From: Camelus ferus
Taxonomy: Eukaryota
Direction of reading: 5' to 3'
Assembly (NCBI RefSeq): GCF_009834535.1
Contig: NC_045696.1
Location: 78,866,001 to 78,930,000 of the forward strand
Length of the DNA stretch: 64,000 nucleotides
Shown here: positions 12,159 to 25,349 of the stretch, piece after piece
How the letters are laid out: each line of letters opens with the position of its first letter
Position numbering within the stretch: position 1 is the stretch's first letter
The notes under the pieces: model-generated
Told to the model about the DNA's origin: nothing
What the model saw: only the letters and a program-made list of their open reading frames with translations
Databases searched by the model: none
Translations under genes and position numbers: made by a program

Positions 12159-14129
12159 AATTAGGTTACAATTAGGTAACATATTAGGTTACTGTATTAG
12201 GTAATATTTTCATGTAATAGGAGACTTTTGGAGACAATATTCGGAGATGGTTGTAAGTCTTAAGAATGTGAAAAATAATTAGGCAGAATATTTGAATCAA
12301 AACATAAATTGATCAATTTGTTCATATAGAGAACTTACGGAACTTACTTTTAGAAGACACCTAGAGCTGTAATCCTTGATATGGATAATATTTACTAGTG
12401 ATATTGAGAATTGGGAATCAATTTCATCATTACTTCATAGTCTTTGTAAGGATAATTGTATCTATATCTATTGAGTTACTGTGTATTTAGAGACCATATT
12501 TATTTTCTTCATGGTTTTTAATTCCAGGTGAAAACTATTAAACCAGTAATATTTTCCCAGATGATACTGGCTGGGAAAAAACCAGAAGACTACAGTTTTA
12601 AAACAGAAGACTGCTTTAATAAACAGTTGCCTATTAATACTCAGCAGTAACTGGCAATATGTTCTTCCAAAGGTTTTTAGAATTGGTAGAACGGGATGCC
12701 TAATACCGAGTTCACTCATGGTGCCCTCCCCACCATCTCGACAGAAAGCTTACGTCATGTTTCATCTGTTAGACAACAGCAGCTATGTAGGAGAGCTGGT
12801 TAAAAAAAAAAAGTAGGGGTGGTTGCCTCTTGAATTAAAAATCACAGAGACTCTAAATGCCACTTCGGAAGAAATGAGTGCTATGAATCTACACTTCCCA
12901 AATGGAATCCAGGGAGATTAAGCTACTGCTGGTGGCACATCTGTTACACAAAACAGCTGCATCAGAGGGTATAGATTAAAATAGAAATAGATGGTGTAGA
13001 TGCTCTTTTGGCTCCAGAACATCCTTATAAAACACCTAGTCACACACAGTCTCCCTCTAATTTTCTAGCAACAATTTAAATAAATACAAGATGTCAGACA
13101 ATAGTCCCAGTTCAGGGAAAAAAAGGGCTTCAATTCCACCCAAGTTAATTGAGGCTAGAATCATTCCTGCGACATCTACGGCAATTTCACATTGGTGCAC
13201 TTCAATTAAGGAATAATAAGAGTGCAAAGTAATTTATACTCATAGATTAGATGTCCTCTGTGAAAAATTACCGATTAACTCAAAGGCGGCCTCTGGAGTG
13301 CTCACCAAGCATTTTAATGGGGGTCTCTCTCTCACCTCTTGTCCTAATATCTGGTCAGAAACTAGCAACACTCTAAATTTGCCTTTTAAAAGACTCAATA
13401 TACCTGTTTTGCACATCTATGACATCCCCTTTAAAAAATTCTCTAAACCACAATTGTTTTGCAGTAATCAATTTTAATCATCTCTTATTTTTCTATTATT
13501 TTCCCTACACTTTTTTTTCCCTTTTGTTTCGATTCTCCCAGTTTTACTTAGTGTGAAAGGGCATTTTCTTCAATGAAATAACAATAAAAAGACATTTTTG
13601 GGGGGAGGAGAATAATATTGTTATTCAGTTGTTCTGTGTTGTATTTCCACCTCAATGAGCACACATAACTCTCAACAATAGAAAACGTGGTGTTTGTAGT
13701 AGAGAGCAGATTCTTAATTACTGTTTTCTCCAATCCCAAGTTTTAAGCCTTAGTAGATGATGATTTATAGAGAATTTTGTGCATAATATTTGACCTTTTT
13801 AAACTCTCCACAAATTAAGCAGGAGGATTATCATTTGATTATCTGTTCTCAAATCAGTACTGTCTTCTTTAAGTGTCTAAAGGCATGGTTAAGAAACATT
13901 AAATAAAGGGGAGAAAGGCTGAAAGTAGCTTTATTGAAACCATTACTCCCTTTCCCTTCATCAGTTATTATCTGAAGAAAAACAAACTAAAACATAAAAG
14001 AAAATCTGCATGTATATTTTATGAGGAAAAGAAGTGGTCTACTTTCAGTAGTCAGTAATTGTTCTAAGAGATGAAAGACCAAAAAAACATAAGGGAAACA
14101 CGTTGACTTGCCCCTTTTCCCGGGGATGA

Positions 14130-14300
14130 TGTTAAGTGTCAGAGAGCTTGGACCTGGTAAGTCAGAAAATCTGGATGCTAAGGGGAGTTCTGCCAGGTAT
14201 TAAGGATACGAATCTTGGTGAACATTCTGAGTTTTCTGAAGAGCGGCCAGTACCTCAGTAGGCTGTTGTGCTGGCTAAATTGCATTCCATGTGCTGACTC
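14130..14300 (+). mobile_element. Degenerate MIR fragment
   Basis: GTCAGAAAATCTGGAT...TCTGCCA...TCTGAGTTTTCT...AGTACCTCAGTAGGCTGTTGTG. Confidence 0.5.
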
Positions 14301-14584
14301 TGTGCGCTCAGGGCAGCTGCCATTTTTGTAGGGCACTTTTCAAACAGGACCCCAGAAGAACTTCTAAAATGTTTGTTTCTATCTGCAACAAGTATTCGGC
14401 AGCTCTTTTTCTAAGAATGAGGAATTACTTATGTTGTCATTAGTGAGAGCCTGTGGCACCACCAACCTAATGTGACCTTCACAGAACGTATTAGGAAAGT
14501 TTAAAGAGAAGTTGGGATGGAAAAAGCAATAGAGAGGGGCATTTCAAGAAAGAAAAGGCCCTTCCATCCCCAGTACCCACTCTA

Positions 14585-14609
14585 AAAACAAACAAACAAA
14601 CAAACAAAC
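14585..14609. repeat. (AAAC)n microsatellite
   Basis: AAAACAAACAAACAAACAAACAAAC. Confidence 0.9.
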
Positions 14610-15244
14610 CTAATTACTAACCCCCTAAAAAAATTTAAAAGAAAAAGAAAAAGGCCCAGGGGCAGGGACCTAGCTAATTAAATGTTAGGTAAAAATTTCT
14701 GAGCTTACAGTCATTAAAATGTGGTTCTGTGTTTGGCTTGGAAGTCTTGCTTGTGGCAGCAGTGAACTTACGCTGCTTATTTATTTAAACCCATGATTGC
14801 CATAGTGCCTAAGTCTTCAGCCTCCCACACACAAGCCTGGAAAGCCACTTAAGTCATTCTGTGAGCCCTGGATCCGGGAAGATAGACATGTTTAAAAGGA
14901 AGAATTTAAAGATGATCTTCATCTTCTCTGATGCAAAGGGTTATCAAAGCAGTAGGCAAAGGACATACTTTTTCTAGAAATTAGAAATGTCTGTAAGTGA
15001 ACATTTAAATATGCCAGTGGCTCGGGCCTGTTTAGATCTTCCACTTAGCTTTGCAAGGCTTGTGATTAAAAATGGTGTTATTAACATTAATTAAACAACC
15101 CCAACACACCCTCTCTCAACTTCCCTCAAATAATGGAAAAGACATAGAGAAATAAATGGCTTTAAATGATGATAAAAATCAAGTTAAACTCTGCCAAGCA
15201 TCTTGGAGAACCTGGAACTGATCATAAAGTTGATCAAACTGGGT

Positions 15245-15450
15245 TTTATTAATTTAACACCTACAGATCATTTATGATCCACCAGGCAGTTTAAGCAACT
15301 TACAAATGTTGACTCACTCGATCCTGATTAATCTTACTAGGTCAGCATTGTTAATATCAGGTAAAATCACAGTTGATTAGTAGCAGAGCCTGGATTTGAA
15401 CTCAGATGCTCTGACTCCAAAGTCCATGCTCGAAACCAATACACTCTGCT
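15245..15450 (-). mobile_element. MIR SINE
   Basis: TAGTAGCAGAGCCTGGATTTGAACTCAGATGCTCTGACTCCAAAGTCCATGCTC is the antisense MIR tRNA-derived head. Confidence 0.8.
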
Positions 15451-16369
15451 GCTGTGAAGACTAGATTATAGGCTGCTTTCTGGGGCAGAGCTGTGGTGTT
15501 CTGCCAGCACACAGCCAGATCGGCAAGGATGTGTGTATAGGTGGCTTTATTGATTTAGAACCTGTCTCCCCCAAAACTGTAAGATCCTGGAGGTCTCCTC
15601 TGTGATAATTTTGTTCTTGTATATGTTAAGTACCAGGAAAGTGTTCAAAAAATTTTTTTTTTATTAGCAGGTAAGTGTATGCCTGAATGCTGGCTTCCGG
15701 CTCAGAAGTCTGAGGTCAACATCTACATTCATCTCTACAGCATGAGAACTGCCTTTTTTTAAAAAAAAATTAATTGTCTTTTTTTTTAATGAAAAAAGCA
15801 GTACACTAAAGAAAACTTGAAACCTGAAAAAGAAAACAAAAATAGAAACATGAAATGGAGAAAAAAATAAATCACTCAGTTCTTACTAGAAAGACAGGAA
15901 AACAAAGAGTTAGGTTATGAAATAAGAATTTTAAAACAATATGGAAAGTTATTAAATTTCCTAGTAGTTAAAATGATTATAATAGGACTTTATTCATCTC
16001 TGCTTTTCTAGGACGAAAATAAAGGAGAAAAATAAAGGGGAAAAAACGATTGTGTTCAAAGTGGTGTAGAACTCTCAAATCTAACTTTTGTCATTTTTAG
16101 CAACTGTTAGACTAGGACAGAACTTGTTATTTTAAGTAGACACTAAATAAGTCATGAGACACCATCTCAGTTGTAAAGTGGAAGATGTGGCACAAAGAAT
16201 ACATTTTGGAAACTGGTGGAAGTGTGGGAGCAGAACAGAAACAGCTGAGGAAAAAGGTAGAATCTAGCATCTCCCCTGGGTTGGTTGCAGAATTCCCCTG
16301 ACGAGACATTGTCCATCTAGGTTCCTGAGTTGGGACCAAAGTATGGAAAGAATCATAAATCCTCTTACA

Positions 16370-17400
16370 TATATAATGTTCTTGAATTATTTCAAGATGA
16401 ATGCAAGCGTGGTATTAATTCTGAGCCCTTGAATATCTGAGAATAGGAATTTTGTTGTGTGTAATATCTTTGGGTCACATTGTTTTTGCCTGAAACTCTA
16501 TGTTTGCTGTTCTGTTGTCTTCTGGAATGAAGCTGGAGAGAGGGCTGGCCAGGGGTGATTTTTTTTCCTTTCCAGGTATCTTATTGTGCATTGGTTTTGT
16601 TGTTTTCTTTATGGACTTTATGGGGGGGAGGGGTTGAAAAAATGAGAGTATGCATTTTTCAATCTTTGTAATTAAAAATTTTTTAGGGCTGGTCTAAATG
16701 TGGGTATCTCTTTTCAGTCTTTGCTTATAGTAAAGGAGACTCTTTCAATTTGGATATTTAAGCCATTTTTTCAACTCAGTAAAATTCTTCCCCAATACAG
16801 TTCATAATTTTTCCATTCCAATGTTTGTATCTTTCTTAGAAAACTCTACTATTCTAAAGTGAGTTTTCTATATTTTAATAGCATACCTATCATTTTCTAC
16901 CCCCTCATTTCTACTCTGTTTTCCTCTTTATCCCTATATTACGAGTGGGCTGTTTAAGTATGACCTCCATGTCAGTGAATCAGTTTTCTACCGTATTGAT
17001 TGTACTCTTTATTAACGTCAATCATTGTGGATTTAAAATCTGCCACTATTATTTAATTCTCTTGATATCCTTCCTTATTTCACTACCCATTTTTTTAAGG
17101 TCACCCTGATGTCTTTTATTTCAATCTATTTTCTTCAAGTTGATTTATACCTCCGGTTCAGAGGTAATATATTATACATTCTAGGAAGAATGTCAGATTT
17201 CTAAAATTATATTCTGGCTTCGGCACCATTTTCAGAGGGCTGCTTTTCTTTTAGTGTGGGGTACCTTTCTCTTGCTTGATAATGTTTTTAAATAGGAAAA
17301 TATTTTTTATTTTTGATGTTTTTGCCTTCTTTCCTTGAGCATGGTATCCAAGTCAAATTACGACTTTTGATTTGTTTTCAGTCCTACTCAGTCAACTTTT
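16370..17400 (-). mobile_element. Ancient L1/HAL1-type ORF1-region remnant
   Basis: Reverse complement contains CCAGAAGACAACAGAAC...TTCTCAGATATTCAAGGGCTCAGAATT, resembling the L1ME/HAL1 ORF1 C-terminal region; strongly T-rich on + strand. Confidence 0.6.
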
Positions 17401-17639
17401 CCACTGGAAAAATTCCCTTCTTAGATCTAAGACTGGATCGCTGGTTGGTGGTTCCTCTACATGACTTGGTTTTTAGTGTCTACAAATTGAGGGTCTGCCT
17501 CTCTCACCAAAACACAAAGAAATAAATGCTAAAACACATAAAGAAATAATAACAATTGTATTAGCTAGCATTCTTTTAATTTCTGAAAGGGGAAACATTT
17601 TTAAAGGAATCAAGCAAAAAAAAAAAAGCAACAAAATAA

Positions 17640-17960
17640 AAGGCACTTATTGGGTCATATAATAAAATAACTGAAAAGTCAAGTGGCATCATGCAAAGGT
17701 GAATCCAAAGGTTTAAGCCCTACCATCAGGCCCCTCTCTTGCATGAGTTCTAGAAACAAGGGGCCAAGCGTAGGTCAGTACAGTATAAACATGCTAGACG
17801 CAAAGATGTAAGTTCTCATTTTAGGCAACACATCATCCTGCCTTTTAGCTACAGGTATGGAATGGATATGTAACCAGCTCCGAAGTAGGTTATTAATGAC
17901 CAGAGCCAAGCCATTTCACCCACCCTATTGAGGAGTAACCATACAGTCAGTGTAGATGAC
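17640..17960. mobile_element. Possible very old LTR fragment (LTR33/MLT-like)
   Basis: TTATTGGGTCATAT...AACTGAAAAGTC...GAATCCAAAGGTTTAA...CATCAGG resembles LTR33-type sequence from memory. Confidence 0.35.
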
Positions 17961-18099
17961 ATTCCATTTGAGAATAAGTAAAGGAAATTAAAGAGAGACT
18001 GAGAGAGAAAGGGACAGATAGAGAATATTATCTACATGACTGACAGTGAGTGCTCATCTCTAAAAATTATTTACCATTGGGATTGGGAAACAAATATAA

Positions 18100-20130
18100 A
18101 CAATACTATTTTGCATTCTCCATAGGGTACAAAAATATACAGTATATGAAATTAGATTACAAAGTCATAAAAATAAAATAAGACAACTGGAAATGAAATC
18201 TGTAAGGAGGAAAAACACTTGAGAAGCTCCCCTTAGAATAAAAGGACAAAGATATAAAAACAAAGAACAGAAATTAGAGATTGAGAAAATGGCCATGTAA
18301 CCTTGGAGTTACAGTTACACATTTTAGAGGAAAATAGCATCAGGGCAGTTGCAAAGTAAGCAATTCACAGGTAATAATGAGCCATGCAAATATTTAAGTA
18401 CAAGGATGATATCTCTCTGGGTTTAAAAATGAATATTCTAATGGCCTAGATTTAAAAGATACAAGTATATGAACACCTACTAGAACAAAATTTTTGAATC
18501 GCAAGGATAATTAATACATTCTATTGTCAACCATTACAGGTAAAAAAGTTCCCTACAAAGGAATAAAAGTCTGACTAGCAACTGACTTCTTTGAGACACG
18601 AACTAGCTGGAGACAATAGAAAAGGTGCTGCAGAGTTTTCAGGGCAGATCAATTTATGACGTAAAATGTTTTATCCTGACTGAGTATTTATTCACACATG
18701 AAAAGACAGAGTAGTTTCAGGTATGCTTGGCTCAGAAATCATGTCCTTTTTGCAGATATTACTTAAAGAAGAACTCCAGCTTACTGAATGATGAATTAGA
18801 ACTCAGAATTTAAAAACTGGAAAATTGTGTCAATAAAGGACTGGTGTGATGCAAAATTGTTAAACAGAGTTAACTATATATAATTATTATTCTAAATAAT
18901 CATAGCTTTAGACTGACAAATGGATAAAACATAAAACATTATTGGAATAGAAGCAGTATAAGCTATAAACAAAAACTAATGTGAATTTTTAGGTCTAAAC
19001 AAGTAGATTATATTAACAAGGCCTTTAAATTGAGAGGGCAGTAAATAATGGTGAAGACAAAGTATCTGAGATTCTCTACATTAAATTAGGAAAGCAAAAA
19101 TGATTTAATTTTGACTTTACCCATGAATTAACCATAAATATTGTTTGTAATTTCTTAAAAGCAACTCACTAGAATTCAAGTTCCATGTCTTTTGTGTTTT
19201 GATTGCTGATGTACCTCAGCTGCCTAGAACATTTCCTCTCATGTAATAGGTGCTCAATATATATTAGTTGAATGAATTAATTAATGAACTTACCCTCAGA
19301 GTTAGAAGCATGGTGTGTATGTGTATTTACTTTTATAGATTTGGAAATTGCTATACTCACTGGAAAACTAAAAGTAAAGCCACAGAATCCAAAAAGTAAA
19401 AACTAAGAAAATAAAGAGAACTATCAGACATGATAACTAAGATAAAGAATAATAAAAACTAAAGCTAAAATAAGTAAAGCCAAGCAGAGTGGCATTGGCA
19501 GTAGATAAAAGTCGGATAAATTCTACCTTTAAAAGATGAAGAATTTCTGACTGCTTAAGGAACAAAATCCAAATACATGCTGATCATAAGCAACATGCAA
19601 AAAAAAAAAAAATTAAAAATCCATGGGCGGACAAGCATTACAAGGTAAACAAGCTAAAAGCAAGCATTGGGCAGTATTAAATTTAGATAAAGTAAAAAGT
19701 CAGAAAGAAAATATTAAATAACTTATTTTTTTCCCAAAGGAAAATCCACATTCTGGATCAGAGTTATAACCAACAATGAAAATAGTTGTCAATATTTATA
19801 TGACAAAGAGAACAACACTAAAACATGTAAAATAAAGAAAATTTAAAAGTAATAAGGGAAGCATGGGTAGAAGTACAATTATTTCAAAGACTTTTATGTA
19901 ACTCTTTGAGCATTTGACAGACTATGTAGGAAATACATATGGACATAGAGAATTCGAATTACATGATCTGAATTACAAACTGCTTGGATTACAGGTTGAA
20001 TTGATTTGCCTGTATTGAACCATAAGCTCCCTATAGAGAACACAAGTTCATTTCAAGCACCTAGATCCTATTTACCAAAATCGATTATATGCTAGCCCTC
20101 AGACCTTTACAGATTTCAAAAAGCATATCA
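18100..20130 (+). mobile_element. Ancient L1 (L1ME-like) ORF1 to ORF2 endonuclease remnant, with a small L2 insert near 19170-19290
   Basis: ORF1-like CTACAAAGGAATAAAAGTCTGACTAGCAACTGACTTCT; endonuclease-like GAACACAAGTTCATTTCAAGCAC...TTTACCAAAATCGATTATATGCTAG (degenerate 'FTKIDYML', cf. L1 EN 'FSKIDHIL'); A-rich. Confidence 0.75.
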
Positions 20131-20134
20131 GTAA

Positions 20135-20385
20135 TATTCATTCCATCATTTATTTATTACTATTTATTGAGGGCCCACCGTGTACTAGCACTCTTCCAAG
20201 CACTGGTGTTACAGCAGTGAACAACACAGACCTACTCCCTGCCTTCTTGAACTTTAATTCTGGGTGAGGGAGACAGGAATAAACTCATAACAGGAAATAT
20301 ATTGAATAGCAGATAGTGAAAAGTGCTAGAGAGAAAAATAAAGGAGAGTAAAGGGGAACGATGCTGGGGGGTGAGTGATGATTTG
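20135..20385 (-). mobile_element. L2 3' end
   Basis: TTCATTCCATCATTT...TATTTATTGAGGGCCCACCGTGTACTAGCACT...ACAGCAGTGAACAACACAGAC. Confidence 0.85.
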
Positions 20386-22424
20386 GTAAGAGTTTGCTTT
20401 CTTTCTTGCCTTTTTGGGGTCATTTTTCTCAAACCTCCTGAGAATTTGGGCTATTCTTAGCTCTGCTTTTTAAGAAAACACTATTCTATTTGGCGTGAAG
20501 CCTTTTGTAATTTTACATAAGTTGTCTGACCATAATACAGAGGATAACTTAACAAACCCACACTTTTAACATTCAAGTAGCAACCGTAAGTCCTATTTTT
20601 AATCACAAAGGACATAAATCAAAAATAACAAGCCTATTAAGGAGGATTTTCCATTTTTAATTAAAACATATCCCTTATTTCACTTTTTCTGGGTCTTGGG
20701 AGTCTGCACTTATGATGCATCTGACTAGGATATTATAAGAGGATAATTGGATGCCATGTACTAAAAAAGGTCTGTTAAACCACTGAGCTGGACTCACGTT
20801 ATCTCAACAAACACAGAGAAGTGCTGGAGGGTGAACAAGTAACTGAATTGAGAAGTATGTGCTCTCCATTGTTCCCTGCTTCACTCCAGCCTCACTGGAG
20901 TTAATTATTACTACTCCCTAGAACTGAGGTCTCAGGAGGAAGAGAAGTTCAGGGGAAGGAGACGGAAAGTGTGGGAGTTACACACTTTGCATATACCAAG
21001 AAGGGGTAGGGAGGTGGACAATTCTTGTTTAATCCCCTATTTCACTGGGTTAAATGTTCCTAAGAGTAGATTTCAAAATGAATTTAGGGGAGACATCCTT
21101 AAACTTCAGGGCATATGAAATCTGTATGAGTTCTCAGCTCAAGTCAGTGACAAGGTGGAGAAAATTCAGACTGAATGCTCTGCATGTTGGTTTGATGATG
21201 TGTTAATACTAAAAAACAAAACAAACAAACAAGCTAGCCATCATTAGAACTGTAAGAGCAATGATTGCAATTGCCTTTTATTTTTTTACAAAGTCTAGAA
21301 GGACAGGCTATAAAAATATGCATCAAAGGAAGAAACATGAAGGGTAATTATTTTAAAATTTGAGATATAAGATAATTTTAGGAAGAGAAGAGTTCCCTAT
21401 ATATTTTTAAATTGCAGTTATAAACTGCACAATTTTATTTTGCATTAATTTGGTGCTAAAATCATAACTGAGTGATTTAGTGGGGAAGGACTAAATTTCA
21501 TATTCTTTTATTCACATGGAGCTTAAAGTAGGTTACTGCAAAGAAATATAGAAAATTAAAGTTTAAATGCCCACATAAAGAATAAAAGGAAAAAGAAACT
21601 ATATGTCAACATGTCATAGGCACAACCAAAAAAATAAGCTAGAAAGTAGCATAGAATACAGATTGTAATAAATACTGAATTTGCATTATTACTAAAGAAG
21701 TAAATGGATGGGGTGGTAATAATGACCACTCTTCAGGGATCTGGCATTCACTAAACGCCATCTTCAGTGCAGGGCTCTTTCTGGGTTGAAATTCCCATAT
21801 TTGCAAATCACTCCTTTGGCTTAAGAGGACACATATCTAAGTATTCAGCTTTCACTATGCCATTAAGCCAAGGAATGTGCAATCCCATAATTTTACAGAA
21901 GATTAACCCAGACTTAGAAAGGCAAACCCATTTTTCTCTATAACCACCAGGAAGAGGAACCTTGCAGGTGGAGCCAAGATGACAAAAGGGGCAAGGGTGG
22001 AGCACACGAGGCCAGCTTGACTTAGAAGCAGCATCCTAGCTTGGGGCTCTGGGATGACAGAAGGTATGAGAGCCCTGGAGATCAGGAATCATGAGTCTAG
22101 AGACACAGGGATTAGGGGAGAACGATACTGTGCAGAGAAGATTAGAACTCCCCAAAGGCAAAATCCACCTTTTACCACTCCTCCAATGCCAGCCTGGTTG
22201 GCAGCCTCCCATCTTGAACATCGCAGACACGATGCTTTGGGAAACTTTGGAAGAGTCTGTTGTTCAGACTATTTGTGTCCCCTCCACCATCAGTACCTCT
22301 TTTTTTGTCGTGAGCTAGTCATCCACATCCTAGACTCCTAAGGTCCTAATTTTCACCATTCCCCTTTGTAAATCCATCCTTAGTGAGCTGATTCTGATAA
22401 ACATCAATCAAAAAATTAAATTCC

Positions 22425-22900
22425 ATTTAACTAAATATTCATTTTTAAGCACCTAGGTACTCTGAGAATACAGAGGCAAATAAGATGCAGTCTGTGCAGG
22501 TCAATAAGGAGCACAGACCTCTAATAAAATAGAGTGTGACAAGTATAACAATGAAAGGTGTAAAGAAAAAACAGTGAAGTTGCCAAAAAGAAACCTAGGG
22601 AAGTCTTCCTGGAGGAAATGATATAGCTGGTTTTTGCAGGATAATAAAAACAAAAGCTATCATTTATTGAGTATTTCTGTGTAGTTGGTAGAAGCCACAT
22701 AATGAAGGATCACACGTGCCACGCTAAAAAGCTTCTCTTCTAACCTTCCACCGTGAGGGCTCAATGCCGGGCTTTAACAAGCAAGGGGAGACGGGTTATG
22801 TGGATAACCTACCAACTTGGCATCGACATGGAAGGTGTACGGGAGAAATGTAAGGCTAGAGAGAGGGAGCTCACTGCAAAGGCTATTGGATTATTCTTAG
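22425..22900 (-). mobile_element. L2 fragments
   Basis: AAGCACCT...GAATACAGAGGCAAATAAGA...GGAAGTCTTCCTGGAGGA...TTTAACAAGCAAGGGGAGAC. Confidence 0.6.
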
Positions 22901-23789
22901 TGTGGAATGATGTCACCTAAAACTAAAGCCAAAATAATGAGAAGGGAAAACAGCAGATGTTTTATTGCAAATAAACAACAGTTTAATCTGCTCCTCTTCG
23001 AGGCGTATTGGCATAGTTTCAAGGATTGTACCTTCACTAAACTTGGACATTTTTGGAGTCCTAGGGGGGCACTGTTAACAATTATATCTAGAGGGGAGGC
23101 AGAAACCAAGGTAACCTGTTTAAATTAGTTTTAAGGAACTAGCAGTAGACTGACAGGTCATTTAGAGGTGGAAAGGAAAGAGACAGCTCAGAATGCCAAA
23201 AGATACAAGTGGTCACCTCTTAAGGACTGCCCTGCAGGAACCTAACTCCACCTGATCTTTTGGAAAGCGAAGGGCAGATATGTGTACTTTCCCAGCTATG
23301 ACTATCAGATATAAAGCTACTTAACATTTAGAAGCTTCCAGACTTATTGTAACAACTAATTTTTCACTGAGGTGATTTCTCAACACCATACACTTTCCTG
23401 AGACTCTCATTTGCTCTTTCTTGGGACATCCCTCAGTTCGTCTCTGAGTCCTCAGAGGGACAAAGCTAAGGGGGCAGAATATTGCCTTGGCCTAGCTGTG
23501 CCGTGTTGGAGACAGCAGAGGCTTTCGCAAACCTCTCCTTAGAGCTTGAGCAGCATAAACTTTGAGCTGCTGCTCCTGGACAGCACATTGACACTGAAAT
23601 GAAAGGAGAAAATATCAGAAGACATTCTGCATCAATGGATACAATTTTGTCCCTTTTGAATGTATTAGAAAACTTCCTGCCATGTGGATTAGGAATTAAA
23701 TTAATTTCCATAAGCCAATCATATGCTAATATTTTAGAATATTTTGCCGTGTTTCATAATGTCACTTGTAATCACATTTCCATAGTTTT

Positions 23790-24460
23790 AAAAAGTATTT
23801 AAGTGACAGTAATAGCAGTATATGCCATTGTTGGAGAATTAGAGAAAAGAAAACTATAAAAAAAAATTATCCATAATTTCTTCATCTGAGTATCTACTGT
23901 TAAATGATAAGAGAATTTCTTGCCTTTATATCTGCAATATGTCCAACTTTCATTTGACTTCTTCACTTAAAATTGTAGCAGAAATAATTCCCTATGCCAT
24001 TAAAGTCACTTCCAAGTATGTTACATAATAATAGGCTAATGCTTTGCCTTACAGGTGTACGATGATTTATAATCATCTCTCTATATTTAAACATTTAGAT
24101 TGATGCCATTATGTCACTAAAACAAATAGTGCTGAGGTAAACATTTTTGGACATAAATCAGTTTTTTTTTATGTATTCTGATCATCTTTAGATTTTTATT
24201 AGGGAAAACACTGAGAAGAGCTCTATTCATATTTTAAGGTGGATATACATTATGAAATTTGTTTCAAGAAAGTTTAAATCACCTTACACTACCAGACATT
24301 GTGAATGTTAGGTCCCTATCGTTGTATTACTCTTAGCACTGGGTATTATAATTTTTGTAATCATCTCTGATAACCGCATGGGGGGAAATGGCATCACATT
24401 TTTTTTTAATTTGTATTTCTCTGATTTTTAGTGAGGCTGCAAATCTTCTCATGTTGTTCA
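23790..24460 (-). mobile_element. L1ME-type 3' region
   Basis: AACATTTAGATTG...TGCTGAGGTAAACATTTTTGGACATAAATC...AAATGGCATCACATTT...TTAATTTGTATTTCTCTGATT...GTGAGGCTG. Confidence 0.8.
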
Positions 24461-25300
24461 TGAATACATTGACGCTTTCCTGATTGAAATTTTCCAGGGA
24501 AATACTCATCTCAATTCTCAGTCAGCTTTAGAAGTTGAATGCAGTATTTTTTTAGTTTTACACCTCTCCAGTGACGGGAGCTCCTTAGGCACCGAGGAAG
24601 GTGGTGTGCACACAGTGGGTGTCAGGACCTATCAAGGTGAGAGCCGTACTTGCACCTCACTTCACTGCCACCCATGGATATGAGAGGCTTTCACTTGTAG
24701 GAAAATTTTCTGGAAAAAAGTATCTGAAGACTATAGTGAAATGGGAAAAAAATTTTTTTTTGATCAGAAGGAATTTAAGAACTTTTCTGAACTTCTTTTA
24801 ATTCATGAATTTAGGATGAGTGTGTTTCTTGCCAAATTAATATCACACAAGAACTGGAGGCTCAACTATATTCTGCTCATACAGGAGTAGAGAGATAGGT
24901 TCCCATACGCAGGCGATCAGCAACAACAATCGCAGGCTTAGGTAAACCCAGCCTAAGAAGCAGTAATTACCTTTCCACCAAAAAAAAAAAAAAAACCTTG
25001 TAAGAGTGATATCACATAATCACAATTACAATAAGGTGGAAATGTATTATATTCTTTTGCTTTGTTCTTGCTGAAAACTTCCTTAAATTAATTAGCAAAT
25101 CCTACAAATACATATACCTGCTAGATTTTTTTTTTTCAGCTTCATTGACAGGAGAATTTTGCCTAAGACAAAGACCTGAAAGAAAGTATATTATGCCTCA
25201 AATAAAGCTACTAATACAAACTTATCATTTCAGTTTTATTAATTTGGGAATTACATAATTTGATTGTTACGAATTTGTAAACTGAGAGTTTGAGAAGAAA

Positions 25301-25320
25301 GGGAGAGGGGATAGGGCGGG
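25301..25320 (+). other. Canonical G-quadruplex motif
   Basis: GGG-AGA-GGGG-ATA-GGG-C-GGG fits four G3+ runs with 1-7 nt loops. Confidence 0.65.
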
Positions 25321-25349
25321 TGTGTATCATGAGCCAGGATTGATGCAGA

